A stretch of DNA of 55,657 bases from Phaeosaccion multiseriatum (GCA_965112735.1 CBCOSG010000004.1:1-55657), one strand, 5' to 3'; counted from the stretch's first letter, positions 34,559 through 45,841 are shown. Translations and numbers: made by a program. The notes: generated from the sequence alone by a model not told the origin.

Positions 34559-37536
34559 ATGTTTGATAATTTTAGTGAAGCAACTGTTAGAACTCTCATG
34601 CTGGCACAAACAGAAGGTCGGATAATGAGGGCTGACAAAATAGGTACTGAACATTACCTCATAGGAATTATGGGAGAATCAAAAGGAATGGTGGCAGGAA
34701 TATTAAGAGAAGAGTATGGAGTAGTTCTAAAAGAAATTAGAGTAATGTCCGCGTCATTATTCTTTTCAACATCCAAATTTACAGCGATACATTTGCCTTT
34801 TAGTGTAAGAATGAAATATATCTTTGATAATGCAAAGATTTATGCCGAATACTTTCAACAGAGTTCTATAAACCCGGAACACTTGGTCCTTGCAATGTTA
34901 GCACAAGGACACGGCAATGGTTTAGATCTATTAGAAGCAATGGATGTTGATATTTTTAACTTTTCTAACCAACTTCAAGATGCTACAGCGGAAATGGGGA
35001 TTCAGGAAGTATATTATAAACTGAAGTACGAATATGAAATGCGGGGTGAAATAGCCGATTTTGATCTTCGTGAAAAAATTATACGACCTCCAAATAAAAT
35101 TTTTAAGAGAGCACTGGAATATAAAGAAAAAAAGAAAGAGAAATAAGAGAAAAAATTAGAAAATTAGAAGAAGAAATAGGACGAAAAACAACAATAAAAG
35201 ATCCCGTGGGTGGCGATGAGGATGAGGATGATGATGAATTTGATATATTTTCACTTAGCTTTAATGATAAATATGCATTACGTAAAAATACCTTAAAACA
35301 ATTTACCACAAATTTAACAGAAAAGGCAGAAAATGAAGATGAAGTAATGGATCCAGTTATTGGGAGACGACGAGAAATTTACCGAGTAATGCAAATTTTA
35401 ACACGTCGCCGAAAAAATAATCCAATTCTTTTAGGAGAGGCAGGTGTTGGTAAAACAGCAGTTTCTGAAGGATTAGCACAATCGATTGCAAGTAAAAAAG
35501 CTCCTACAAACCTAGCAGAAAAACAAGTTATTTTACTAAATCTTACCCAGCTTTTAGCTGGCACTAAATACAGAGGAGAATTTGAAGAAAGATTACGACG
35601 TATTATCGATGAAATTACATCGTCACAACTTTATCTTTTAGTTATTGATGAAATTCATACTTTAGTTGGAGCAGGAAATTCTGAGGGCGCTTTAGATGCA
35701 GCAAATATTTTAAAACCTCCCTTAGCGAGAGGTACATTACAATGTATTGGTGCCACAACTCCAAGTGAATATAAACAATCTATCGAAAGAGATTTAGCTT
35801 TAGAACGTCGTTTTCAAGCAGTAACAGTAGCGGAGCCTACTTTAGAAGAAACTATTTTAATATTAGCTGGACTTAGAAAAGATTATGAGGCTTATCATCA
35901 AGTACATATTTCGAATAAGGCTCTTGCTTCTTCAGCCAAATTAAGTGCGCAGTATGTTGCAGATAGATCATTGCCTGATAAAGCAATTGATTTAATGGAT
36001 GAAGCATGTGCAAGAGTTAGAATAAATAACTCAATTCTGCCAAAAGAAATTTATGCTATAGAAATGGATTTGCAACTGGTTTTAGAAAAAAAAATTGAAT
36101 GTATGCGTTTTCAAGATTTTGAAACGGCTATAAAATATAGAAATTATGAAATGAAACTTAGAGAACGAATTTGTGGCCTAGTTGAAGTTCATCAATACGA
36201 TAAAAAAATTGAAAAAATGGTTTCGAAAAGACCCTCGGTTGGAGAAGGTGATGTAGCAAAAATTGTTGCTACTTGGACTGGGATTCCTGTTAATAAAGTT
36301 ACCGAAGACGAAAGAAAAAAATTAATAATGCTAGAACAAATTTTGGGAAAAGAAGTTATTGGCCAAGAAAGAGCTGTTAAAGCAATTTCAAAAGCAATTC
36401 GGAGAGCCCGAACTGGATTACAAAGTACAAATCGACCAATTGCAAGTTTTTTATTTTCCGGACCTACCGGTGTGGGAAAAACAGAATTAACAAAAACTTT
36501 AGCAAGACATTATTTTGGTTCTGAAGATTCTATGGTTAGAATAGATATGTCTGAATATATGGAAAAACATACGGTAGCTAAATTAATTGGTGCTCCTCCT
36601 GGCTATATTGGTTATGGTGAAGGAGGTCAATTAACAGAAGCTGTTAGACGTAGACCATACTCTTTAATACTATTAGATGAAGTTGAAAAAGGTCATCCAG
36701 ATGTATTTAATTTATTACTGCAAATCTTAGAAGATGGTCGTTTAACAGATGCTAAAGGATTATTAGTTAATTTTAAAAACACGATTATTATCCTGACATC
36801 AAATTTAGGCTCATCAGCTATCCAAAAAATGATTGAAAAAGGTCAACTTCAATTCAGATCTGATGGTACAATGGATGATAAAATTTACAAAAAACTATGT
36901 GATACTGTTAACCGAGAATTATTAACATTTTTTAGACCGGAATTTATAAATAGACTCGATGAAACTATTGTTTTTAGACCATTAGCCGAAGGAGATTTAT
37001 TAAAAATTACCCGGATTTTACTTCGACAACTAAATAAAAGACTACAATCCAGTAAAATGGAATTAAAAATAAGTAGTGCTGCAATTGAATTAATAATGCA
37101 TGAAGGATATGAGCCAGCATTTGGTGCCCGACCACTTAGACGAGCTATAACAAGATTATTAGAAGATGAGATTGCAACTTTATATCTAGCTTATTCGAAT
37201 AAAAAAGACAGAGTAAAAGAAGTAGACGATACTCAAGTAAAAGAGCCCGTTACCGACACTAAATATCTAACATACAACCCTGATACAAATATTAGCCCAC
37301 GAAGAGCAAAGGCACGAGCTGAACGACGTAAAGCTCGCTACAAAAAGAAAAAAGAAAGTACAGAAGAAGAAAGATTGAAAGAGAGAAAAAAGAAGAGAAG
37401 ATTAGAAAAAGAACAGGAAATGAAAAAAAGAATTGGCCATAGAGTTATTGTTGACGTAGGCGAAAATAAAACATTAGCAATTAAATTAGAAAAAGAAGAT
37501 CTACCTCTAAACGAAGATAAATTTGAATATCTATAA
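34559..37536 (+). CDS. clpC: ClpC chaperone, split by a -1 frame change at ~35126-35134
   Basis: ORF 34559-35146 holds the Clp N-domain (MFDNFSE, IGTEHYLIG, INPEHLVLA). ORF 35206-37536 holds both AAA modules (GEAGVGKT, GPTGVGKT, RIDMSEY, FGARPLRR). The second frame is open from 35125. Confidence 0.93.
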
Positions 37537-37836
37537 AATAAACAATATATGTTTTATAAATTTATTGTATCTGTAATTAAAATAAATAATCGTTGAAGTA
37601 TTAATATAAAAGGAAGGTAATAAATGTACCGATCTTTTACTTATCATATGGATTAAAGATTATCAATAATAATTTTTATCTTTTAATAATTGGTACTTTG
37701 TTTTAAAAATAAAAATTTAATAAAATGAGACAAAAATTAAGTATACTTTATAAGCTTAGTTTTCTAAATAATAAAAAACTAACTATCTTCGAGTATTTGA
37801 TAAAGTTTATATAAGTAAGTGCCTAACGTATGATTA

Positions 37837-37909
37837 GGCTCTGTAGCTCAGTGGTTAGAGCAGGGGATTCATAAGCCCAAGGTCGCAGGTTCAAATCCCG
37901 CCAGAGCTA
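37837..37909 (+). tRNA. trnM: tRNA-Met(CAU)
   Basis: Cloverleaf; anticodon CAT. Confidence 0.9.
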
Positions 37910-37933
37910 ATATGAATTTTTAAAATTCAATTT

Positions 37934-38022
37934 GGAGAGATGGCTGAGCGGCTTAAAGCGGTAGATTGCTAATCTATTGTACAAAACATTTTGTACCGAG
38001 GGTTCGAATCCCTCTCTCTCCT
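37934..38022 (+). tRNA. trnS: tRNA-Ser(GCU)
   Basis: Starts GGAGAGATGGCTGAG; anticodon GCT; long variable arm. Confidence 0.95.
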
Positions 38023-38068
38023 TTCTTATTAGAAAAGATGTCTACAAATAATAAAATAATTAATCAAT

Positions 38069-38905
38069 ATGAAAAATTGGAAGTTAAAAACCATGAAAAG
38101 AACTAAAGTCGGTAAAAGTGACTTTAGTTTTTCTTCAGTTCTCACAAGTTTCAAAACTTTTAAAAATTATTTAAGTAATGAGAAAGAACAAGATATATTA
38201 GAAGAAATTCGTATTTCTCGCTATCAAAAAATTGTTTTTGTACAATACAGTTTTTTAGTTGTTATTACGTTTCTAATGTTAAATATTGGTACTAAATTAT
38301 TTATTTTTGGTCCGCTTATTGATTATTATTCATATAAACACGAATTTGATATATTTCTCAATTCTTCACAACAATCAAAAGCTTTAAGAGAGCTCCAAAA
38401 CTTTGAAGAAAAATTACGTTTTGATATTTTAATTGGTAAAGAAAAATACTTGTCTATAAAAAGTCTTAATACAAAAATTAAGTTAAAAGCAAATGAATTG
38501 GCCATTCAATATAATAAAGAAACTAAAACCGCTATCAGAAATATTTTTAGTGATACCCTATCAACTATATCTATTATCTTTTTGATTATTAAAAATAAAA
38601 GAAAATTTTTTATTTTAAATTCAGTTATTAATGAAATTTTCTATGGATTGAATGACGTAGCAAAAGCTTTTTTTATTATCTTATTTACAGATCTTTTTGT
38701 AGGCTATCATTCTTCTTATGGTTGGGAAATTATATTAGAAAGTCTTTTTCACCATTTTGGATTATCCCATAATAAAGAATTTATTTTTTTATTTATTGCC
38801 ACTTTTCCTGTTTTTTTAGATACTATTTTTAAATATTGGATATTTCGTTATTTAAATCAAAGTTCTCCATCCGCTGTAGCAACATATAGAACAATGAATA
38901 AATAA
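38069..38905 (+). CDS. cemA: Chloroplast envelope membrane protein CemA
   Basis: Motifs KAFFIILFTDLFVGYHSSYGWE and FIATFPVFLDTIFKYWIFRYLNQSSPSAVATY..MN. Confidence 0.96.
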   Translation: MKNWKLKTMKRTKVGKSDFSFSSVLTSFKTFKNYLSNEKEQDILEEIRISRYQKIVFVQYSFLVVITFLMLNIGTKLFIFGPLIDYYSYKHEFDIFLNSSQQSKALRELQNFEEKLRFDILIGKEKYLSIKSLNTKIKLKANELAIQYNKETKTAIRNIFSDTLSTISIIFLIIKNKRKFFILNSVINEIFYGLNDVAKAFFIILFTDLFVGYHSSYGWEIILESLFHHFGLSHNKEFIFLFIATFPVFLDTIFKYWIFRYLNQSSPSAVATYRTMNK

Positions 38906-38963
38906 TATAATTATAATATTATTGATTCCCATTAATTAAATTTTTTATTACATTACCTACAAT

Positions 38964-39503
38964 ATGAATTTCATCTTTCCTTTAATTTATTCTATTTCAA
39001 CTTTCACATTACTAATATTTTTAGCATTTTATGTTTTTGGTCAGGTTCGTTTGACACAAAAGGTAGAAAAAAAAATAAATAGTTTACAAAAAAGACTAAA
39101 AAACAAACCTACCTCTTATGAAGACCATTACAAATTAGGACAACTTTTTTTAAGAAAAAAACTTTATAATAAAGCTATTGTCTGCTTCAGAAAATCTTTA
39201 CTTTATTGGAATCCAAATGATAAAATCGGTTTAGGTAGTTTATATAATACTTTAGGATTTACTTATTTTACATTAAAAAACTACAAGTACGCTATCTATT
39301 ATTATAAACAGGCTGTTGTTTTACTATCTGACTATTTATTAGCACTAAATAATTTAGGTTTTACTTATGAAAAAATACAAGATTACGAAAAGGCTTACCA
39401 AACTTATAATTTAATACTAGTTTTTAATCCAGAGAATAAGAATATAAAATTACGTTTGTCCTATATAGAAACTAAAAGAAAACTACGACTTGGAGGAAAT
39501 TAA
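38964..39503 (+). CDS. ycf37: TPR protein Ycf37
   Basis: N-terminal TM helix, then TPR motifs YKLGQ, LYNTLGFTY and ALNNLGFTYE. Confidence 0.88.
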   Translation: MNFIFPLIYSISTFTLLIFLAFYVFGQVRLTQKVEKKINSLQKRLKNKPTSYEDHYKLGQLFLRKKLYNKAIVCFRKSLLYWNPNDKIGLGSLYNTLGFTYFTLKNYKYAIYYYKQAVVLLSDYLLALNNLGFTYEKIQDYEKAYQTYNLILVFNPENKNIKLRLSYIETKRKLRLGGN

Positions 39504-39510
39504 TCTTAAG

Positions 39511-39584
39511 TCGGGACGGCAGGATTTGAACCTGCGGCTTCCTACTCCCAAAGCAGACACGCTACCAAACTGCGTTACGTCCCG
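39511..39584 (-). tRNA. trnP: tRNA-Pro(UGG)
   Basis: Starts CGGGACGTAACGCAG; anticodon TGG. Confidence 0.94.
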
Positions 39585-39709
39585 ATAAACAATAATAAGA
39601 TACGAACACAAATGCCGTAATTAAATATTAATCTATACTTTCTATATTTTCTATTTTGATACTATTTAAAATAATAAAACTTATTTATTAGTATTCAAAT
39701 TAAGTATGG

Positions 39710-39780
39710 AGCGGACAGCGGGAATCGAACCCGCATCTTTAGCGTGGAAAGCTAAGGTTTTACCACTAAACTATGTCCGC
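39710..39780 (-). tRNA. trnG: tRNA-Gly(UCC), followed by an encoded CCA
   Basis: Starts GCGGACATAGTTTAGTGGTAAAAC; anticodon TCC. Confidence 0.94.
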
Positions 39781-39865
39781 ATTGATAAGTATTAACAGTG
39801 CTGAGTCTAACGTAAAATCAATAACTCTTTCAAGTAAGCTAAATAACTAAACCAATTGTTTATTA

Positions 39866-40423
39866 TTAAAAACTTTCCAAACCAACATTTAAAAATTTTG
39901 CTAAATCGGAGGCCTCATTCTCCAAATCGGATAATGAACGAGGTTGCTCTGTGGGAGTTAACGGTATCTGACGCTTATCTTTTGTACATAAATAAACTGT
40001 CCGTTTTGGATTAATACCGTCCTGAATTTTAAGTTTGATTGATTTTATATTCAACATAGAATATATTAGCAAAATTTTCCTATTTTTTCCCGGAAATCCA
40101 TTTCTAACAATGCGAATAATATTATTTTGTTTATTGTATTCATTGTATCCGCCCCCGACATCCCAAAAAATAGTCAGACTAATATAAAAACTTAAACTTA
40201 TGGCAATAATCCCATAAAAAGTCATAACAATTCCTTGTGGCAAAAATATAATTTGACTAGTATCTAAAAAAGGTAAAAGCTTAATTTGGTAATAACTAGA
40301 TAAACCAGTAAGAAGGAACCCTAAACCACCTAAAAATAATGCTAATGCCCAAAAATAATTACTAAGACGTCTTGAACCTACAATATTATCTTTTCTAACT
40401 AATTCTGCCGTTTGATTATTCAT
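39866..40423 (-). CDS. ycf4: PSI assembly protein Ycf4
   Basis: Motifs GSRRLSNYFWA, FLPQGIVMTFYG and RNGFPGKNR. Confidence 0.97.
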   Translation of the reverse strand: MNNQTAELVRKDNIVGSRRLSNYFWALALFLGGLGFLLTGLSSYYQIKLLPFLDTSQIIFLPQGIVMTFYGIIAISLSFYISLTIFWDVGGGYNEYNKQNNIIRIVRNGFPGKNRKILLIYSMLNIKSIKLKIQDGINPKRTVYLCTKDKRQIPLTPTEQPRSLSDLENEASDLAKFLNVGLESF

Positions 40424-40511
40424 AAAATTAAGTTCTACAGTAGTTATGTATATAGAGTTAAGTAGATAAAATATTCAATTTTTTAATTCAACTCTGTTAA
40501 AAATAGAAGTT

Positions 40512-40610
40512 TTAAATTAATTTAATAGATTTTAAACTTAAAAATAAACCGGAAGCAAGACTAAAACAAAAAGCCAGAAGTAAAAAATAATTAATTAATA
40601 ATACCACCAT
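40512..40610 (-). CDS. petL: Cytochrome b6f subunit VI
   Basis: MVVLLINYFLLLAFCFSLASGLFLSLKSIKLI. Confidence 0.88.
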   Translation of the reverse strand: MVVLLINYFLLLAFCFSLASGLFLSLKSIKLI

Positions 40611-40940
40611 TAAATTCTCCTAAAAAAAAATTATAACTAATAATATAGTCCTTCACTACTATACTATAATTCTCCTAAAAAAAACAACACCAAGGATAAA
40701 TTTTTCGTGATTTTTCCTTAGAGCAACCTTTCTTTTGTTTTTCTAAATCTAATTTTATTTTTTTCTTTGGTACTTTATCCATTTTTTCATATAGATAGTA
40801 ATGCTTTCAGTAACAATTTCTTTTTCACCAAATTCGAATGGATCTATTTATTTTTAAATTTAAAAGACTCTTTTTTAATAATTATTACCTGCGGAAGACT
40901 TTTATCTTAGTAACTTTTTCAAATACCCAGATTTAAGTTA

Positions 40941-41180
40941 CTAAATTTTCAATAAATTTTTTTTTTTTAATAAATTACTTAAAGTTTTAGTAATTTGAGC
41001 ACCTTGAGATAAGCGGTAGTCTAATTTCGCTTGATTTATATGAAATTCTTTATTGAATGGGTTATAAAACCCTAATTCTTCAATTGCGGCACCATCTCTT
41101 TTTGTTCTAGTATTCATAAGAACAATTCTGTAAAAAGGTTGTTTTTTTCGTCCGACACGTTTTAATCTTAATTTTAACAT
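40941..41180 (-). CDS. rps16: Ribosomal protein S16
   Basis: Motifs MLKLRLKRVGRKKQPFYRIV and EELGFYNP. Confidence 0.97.
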   Translation of the reverse strand: MLKLRLKRVGRKKQPFYRIVLMNTRTKRDGAAIEELGFYNPFNKEFHINQAKLDYRLSQGAQITKTLSNLLKKKNLLKI

Positions 41181-41279
41181 AGGAATAATAAAATAAATAC
41201 ATTTTTATTTTACTTTTTATTTAATAAAACCACAAGACTTTAAATACAATGTAAAAAAATAAATATAAATAGATAGAAT

Positions 41280-41654
41280 TTAAGGCTCATAAGTAAGCGT
41301 TATAGTTTTTAAGATAGTCCGCATAAACTCGAGAATTGTAAAAGCTGTCATTGCTGTGGTATCGATTCCTAAAATTGACGGGGTAAGTCCTCTAAATAAA
41401 TCTACATAAAGATCGCACATATAATTTAAACCAAAAAGTGGCTGTGTAAAAGGGTTTATACCAGGAAACCAAGCTAAGCTATAACGAACAGTTAAAAAAT
41501 ACGAAAGTAAATTTGTACCTAGTATTGCTGTTTTTCGTAAAACTTCTAAACCTACCATCAGAATCGCGTAATAATCTATTTGGGTCCAAAGAGATTGAAA
41601 TGTTTCTTGTAAATTACTCATTAATAAAATATCTATTGAATTTTGGCTTATCAT
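41280..41654 (-). CDS. ycf19: YGGT-family membrane protein Ycf19
   Basis: Motif LAWFPGINPFTQP...DLYVDLFRGLTPSILGID. Confidence 0.88.
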   Translation of the reverse strand: MISQNSIDILLMSNLQETFQSLWTQIDYYAILMVGLEVLRKTAILGTNLLSYFLTVRYSLAWFPGINPFTQPLFGLNYMCDLYVDLFRGLTPSILGIDTTAMTAFTILEFMRTILKTITLTYEP

Positions 41655-41742
41655 ATGTTTATTTAAAAAACTGTTTTTATTAGGTTAAGTAATTTTTTAC
41701 TTTATGTAAATAGGTAAAATTTTTTGAAAGTAATGTTTAACT

Positions 41743-42510
41743 TTATTCCGTTTTCGATAACCATTGATAACCTTTTTTCTCTAATACCTCAGGTAATGTA
41801 GAATCCCCAGTTTTAATTATTTGACCAGACTGCATAACGTGAACAAAATCAGGTCGTATATAATCAAAAATACGTTTATAATGAGTTATTAAAATAACAC
41901 TACGTTTTTCTGTCATTAATTTTTTTATAGCTTCTGCCACAACTCTTAAAGCATCAATATCTAATCCAGAGTCAATTTCATCTAATATTCCTACTTGAGA
42001 GTCAAGTAAAGCAAATTGTAATAATTCATTTCGTTTTTTTTCCCCACCTGAAAAACCTTCATTAATATTTCTATATAAAAATTCAATATTCATGCCTAAC
42101 ATTTCGAGTTTTGTTTTAATTAATGCAAAAAATTCTAATGGACTTAATGGGTTTTCTTTTTTTAATTTCTTTTTTGTATTGTAGATCAATTTAAGAAATT
42201 CTTCATTATTAATACCTGGAATTTCTACTGGATACTGGAAAGCTAAAAATAGACCTTTATGTGATCTTTCTTCAGGACTTAAAAACGTAATATTTTCATC
42301 GTTTAAGTAGATATCACCTTCTAAAACAGTATACGAGGGATGACCAACTAAAACTTTAGATAATGTACTTTTGCCTGATCCATTGGGTCCCATAATTGCA
42401 TGAACTTCGCCGGGATTGACAGTTAAGCTCAAGCCATTTAAAATTTTTAAATTATCAACACTAGCATGTAAATTTTTAATTATTAATAGAGAATTTTCAT
42501 TAGTTACCAT
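41743..42510 (-). CDS. sufC: Fe-S assembly ATPase SufC
   Basis: Motifs GPNGSGKST, FQYPVEIPG, GFSGGEKKRNE and LDEIDSGLD. Confidence 0.98.
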   Translation of the reverse strand: MVTNENSLLIIKNLHASVDNLKILNGLSLTVNPGEVHAIMGPNGSGKSTLSKVLVGHPSYTVLEGDIYLNDENITFLSPEERSHKGLFLAFQYPVEIPGINNEEFLKLIYNTKKKLKKENPLSPLEFFALIKTKLEMLGMNIEFLYRNINEGFSGGEKKRNELLQFALLDSQVGILDEIDSGLDIDALRVVAEAIKKLMTEKRSVILITHYKRIFDYIRPDFVHVMQSGQIIKTGDSTLPEVLEKKGYQWLSKTE

Positions 42511-42511
42511 C

Positions 42512-42514
<3 letters not shown>

Positions 42515-42544
<30 letters not shown>
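42515..42544. repeat. (TAT)n microsatellite
   Basis: About 10 tandem TAT units between sufB and sufC. Confidence 0.85.
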
Positions 42545-42574
42545 TAAGTAATTATTTCTTATTCTGATTTTTAT

Positions 42575-44020
42575 TTAGCCCACTGTATTTTCTAATTTTA
42601 AACTTAATAGTCGATTAGCTTCTAATGCAAATTCCATAGGAAGCTCTGTGAAAACATCATTACAAAATCCACCAATAATTAGACTGATAGCTTCTTCATT
42701 ATTAATTCCTCTTTGAGAGAAATAAAATACTTGCTCTTCTCCAATTTTAGAAGTGGATGCCTCATGTTCAACTTGGGCAGTTGAATTATGCACTTGAATA
42801 TAAGGAAATGTATTTGCTTGGGAATTATTACCGATTAATAAGGAATCACATTGAGAAAAATTTCTACTATTAAAAGCTTTTTGCCCGATTTTAACTAATC
42901 CTCTATAACTATTTTTTGAATGTCCTGTCGAAATTCCTTTCGAAATAATCTGACTTCTTGTTTCAGGTCCAATATGAATCATCTTTGTTCCAGTATCCGC
43001 TTGTTGATAATTTGTAGTTAATGCTACAGAATAAAATTCCCCAATACTCTGTTGACCAACTAAAACACAACTAGGGTATTTCCATGTTACAGCAGAACCT
43101 GTTTCAACTTGTGTCCAGGAAATTTTAGAATTTTTACCTATAGTTAAGCCTCTTTTAGTAACAAAATTATAAATTCCTCCCTCTCCTGACTTATTTCCAG
43201 AATACCAATTTTGGATAGTTGAATACTTAATTTCAGCATTTTCTAATGCTACTAATTCTACAATTGCTGCATGTAATTGGTTAGTTTTATATTCTGGTGC
43301 AGTACAACCTTCTAAATAACTTACATGACTATTTTGTTCTGCAATAATTAATGTTCTTTCAAATTGACCAGCTTCTTCACTATTAATTCTAAAATAAGTA
43401 GAAAGTTCAAGAGGGCAACGGATATTTTTTGGAACATAACAAAAAGAACCGTCAGTAAATACAGCGGAGTTTAATGCTGAAAAAAAATTATCACCCACTG
43501 GAATAACACTGCCTAAGAATTTTTGAATTAAAGTTGGATAAAGTTGTATTGCTTCAGAAATAGAACAAAAAATTACTCCAAATTTTGCTAATTCATCTTT
43601 AAAAGTAGTTGTTATTGAAACGCTATCAAAAACTGCATCAACTGCAACATTGGTCAATCTTTTTTGTTCATTTAAAGAAATTCCTAGTTTTTCAAACGTC
43701 GCTAATAATTCAGGATCTACCTCATCTAAACTATCTAATACTTTTTTATACTTTGGCACAGAATAATAACTAATATCTTGAAAATTTATAGGTTCAATTA
43801 ATAGTCGTGCCCAGTCTGGTTGGTTTAAATTAACCCATCTATCATAAGCACGTAATCTAAACTTTAATACCCATTCGGGTTCTTTTTTTTTTTTCGAAAT
43901 CAATTTAATGACTTCTGCAGTTAAACCTACCGGAATTGTGTCCATTTCAATATTTGTAGAAAAACCATATTTATATTCTTGATTAACTAAATTTGTTAAT
44001 ATTTCATTTGACTCAGCCAT
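42575..44020 (-). CDS. sufB: Fe-S assembly protein SufB
   Basis: Motifs [23 protein letters not shown] and [12 protein letters not shown]. Confidence 0.98.
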   Translation of the reverse strand: MAESNEILTNLVNQEYKYGFSTNIEMDTIPVGLTAEVIKLISKKKKEPEWVLKFRLRAYDRWVNLNQPDWARLLIEPINFQDISYYSVPKYKKVLDSLDEVDPELLATFEKLGISLNEQKRLTNVAVDAVFDSVSITTTFKDELAKFGVIFCSISEAIQLYPTLIQKFLGSVIPVGDNFFSALNSAVFTDGSFCYVPKNIRCPLELSTYFRINSEEAGQFERTLIIAEQNSHVSYLEGCTAPEYKTNQLHAAIVELVALENAEIKYSTIQNWYSGNKSGEGGIYNFVTKRGLTIGKNSKISWTQVETGSAVTWKYPSCVLVGQQSIGEFYSVALTTNYQQADTGTKMIHIGPETRSQIISKGISTGHSKNSYRGLVKIGQKAFNSRNFSQCDSLLIGNNSQANTFPYIQVHNSTAQVEHEASTSKIGEEQVFYFSQRGINNEEAISLIIGGFCNDVFTELPMEFALEANRLLSLKLENTVG

Positions 44021-44160
44021 ATTGTCATCTCCTATAAATTACTTGTCTATTACATATTATACTATAATATATAATTTGAAAGATTAAAAGTCTTATATTC
44101 GACTCTTTAATTATTTTAAAATTAGACAACTTTAATTAATTTAGGTAGCATATTTTTATT

Positions 44161-44232
44161 TGGGTCACCTGGGACTTGAACCCAGAACTATTCAGTTAAA
44201 AGCCGAGTACTCTACCATTGAGTTAGTAACCC
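44161..44232 (-). tRNA. trnK: tRNA-Lys(UUU)
   Basis: Cloverleaf; anticodon TTT. Confidence 0.93.
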
Positions 44233-44433
44233 AGAAGCCTCACGGATAATACACTTTAAACTGATAATCCTGGAAATATTTTAAAAATTGAATAATTTTT
44301 AAAATTACAAATTTAAAATCGGATTACAATCTATATAAGAAAAATTAAAATTTTTGATGATAGGAAAACCAGTAACAAATTATAGATTATTTGCCTGTCA
44401 AAAGCTACTTTTATTTAATAGAATATAAAATTT

Positions 44434-44535
44434 ATGAATACTCAAGTTCTTTTTCAATTGATTGCTGCAGCAACCATTCTTTTGGCTGGACCTGCTGTTA
44501 TAGTTATTGTAGCGTTTAATAAAGGGAACTTATAA
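44434..44535 (+). CDS. ycf12: Psb30 (Ycf12)
   Basis: MNTQVLFQLIAAATILLAGPAVIVIVAFNKGNL. Confidence 0.92.
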   Translation: MNTQVLFQLIAAATILLAGPAVIVIVAFNKGNL

Positions 44536-44563
44536 TTTTAGGTTATTTATTTAAGATCTGGAT

Positions 44564-44890
44564 CTAAAAACTTATTTCTTGTTTATTAGAACTAAATTCA
44601 TTGTCAGTTGTTAGAAATAACATACAATGACATTCTTTTCTTTCTCTCATTGGAACACAAGGACAATTCCAATAAGCTAATTCAATTTCGGCTGGTTTAT
44701 CATCATAGTGACGACAAGGGCATAAAGGAGCACCATATTGATCCTTATGATTAGCTAAACCTTCGATAACAAGTTTCGTAACTGAAAGTTCAGTACAAAA
44801 AAAAGTATTTGTGCGTTTAGCATAAGTTTCTGAGAATTGACGCATGGCTTCTAAGCTATCTGAAGTAATTTGTTGTGTTTTTGAAATCAT
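44564..44890 (-). CDS. ftrB: Ferredoxin-thioredoxin reductase catalytic chain
   Basis: Motifs PLCPCRHY and WNCPCVPMRERKECHCMLF. Confidence 0.97.
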   Translation of the reverse strand: MISKTQQITSDSLEAMRQFSETYAKRTNTFFCTELSVTKLVIEGLANHKDQYGAPLCPCRHYDDKPAEIELAYWNCPCVPMRERKECHCMLFLTTDNEFSSNKQEISF

Positions 44891-44976
44891 GTATATTTAT
44901 CCTATTTGTGTATAGTCTAGACTTGTAGTATTATTTACAAGTTATTTTTTAATTATATTTATTATAATATCACATT

Positions 44977-45087
44977 ATGACAGCTTCATATCTTCCTTCT
45001 ATTTTAGTTCCTTTAGTTGGTATAATTTTTCCAGGGGTTAGTATGGCCTTACTCTTCTTATATATTGAAAAAGACGAAATTCTATAA
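44977..45087 (+). CDS. psaI: Photosystem I subunit VIII
   Basis: [36 protein letters not shown]. Confidence 0.95.
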   Translation: MTASYLPSILVPLVGIIFPGVSMALLFLYIEKDEIL

Positions 45088-45258
45088 ACTACAGTCATTT
45101 GTTTTATAAAATCCTCTAAATTTATCACAAAAAAAAATAATACTAATAATCATTTATTATTTCATATATTTTAAATTTTTTATTTAAAGATAAACACCAT
45201 CTGTTTATCTATATTTTTGTACCATCCAGTATAAAGTATACTATAGTAAAGTACATTG

Positions 45259-45331
45259 GGGTGTTTAGCTCAGTTGGTAGAGCGTCTGCCTTACAAGCTG
45301 AATGTCACTGGTTCGAGTCCAGTAATACCCA
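45259..45331 (+). tRNA. trnV: tRNA-Val(UAC)
   Basis: Cloverleaf; anticodon TAC. Confidence 0.94.
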
Positions 45332-45354
45332 GATCTTCCTAAATTAAACCCTAA

Positions 45355-45427
45355 GGGTCCATCGTCTAAAGGATTAGGACAGAAACCTTCTAAGTTTCTA
45401 ATGTAGGTTCGAATCCTACTGGACCTA
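45355..45427 (+). tRNA. trnR: tRNA-Arg(UCU)
   Basis: Cloverleaf; anticodon TCT. Confidence 0.94.
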
Positions 45428-45529
45428 ATGTTTTTTATAAGGCTTATGCTGAAGTGATTAGTAATCAAAAAAGCCGCTCAATATACCTGTAATAAAGTAA
45501 AAATACAAAAAAAGATTAAAAATAATCTA

Positions 45530-45841
45530 ATGATTAAAAGAGGTACGACTGTTAGAGTTTTACGAGATACATCTTTCTGGGTGAATAATATTGGTACAGT
45601 TAATATTGTGGAAAGTAATGAAGGTAACACTATAACTTATCCGGTTGTCGTAAAATTTACGACGCCAAATTACGCTGGTAAATTTGCTACAAATTTTGCA
45701 ATGGATGAATTAGAAATAATAGAGTCAAAAGCAGATAAAAAACAAACAGAAAAAAAGATCTCTAACACTAAAGAAGTTCCAGTAGAGAAAGTCGTACCTC
45801 CAATCTCAGATTCTAAAATTAGTAGTACTTCGACAACTTAA
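45530..45841 (+). CDS. psaE: Photosystem I subunit IV with C-terminal extension
   Basis: Motifs MIKRGTTVRVLRDTSFW, YPVVVKF, NYAG and NFAMDEL. Confidence 0.9.
   Translation: MIKRGTTVRVLRDTSFWVNNIGTVNIVESNEGNTITYPVVVKFTTPNYAGKFATNFAMDELEIIESKADKKQTEKKISNTKEVPVEKVVPPISDSKISSTSTT

Noticed and set aside
45265-45468. 67-aa ORF
   Set aside because: Antisense to trnV and trnR.
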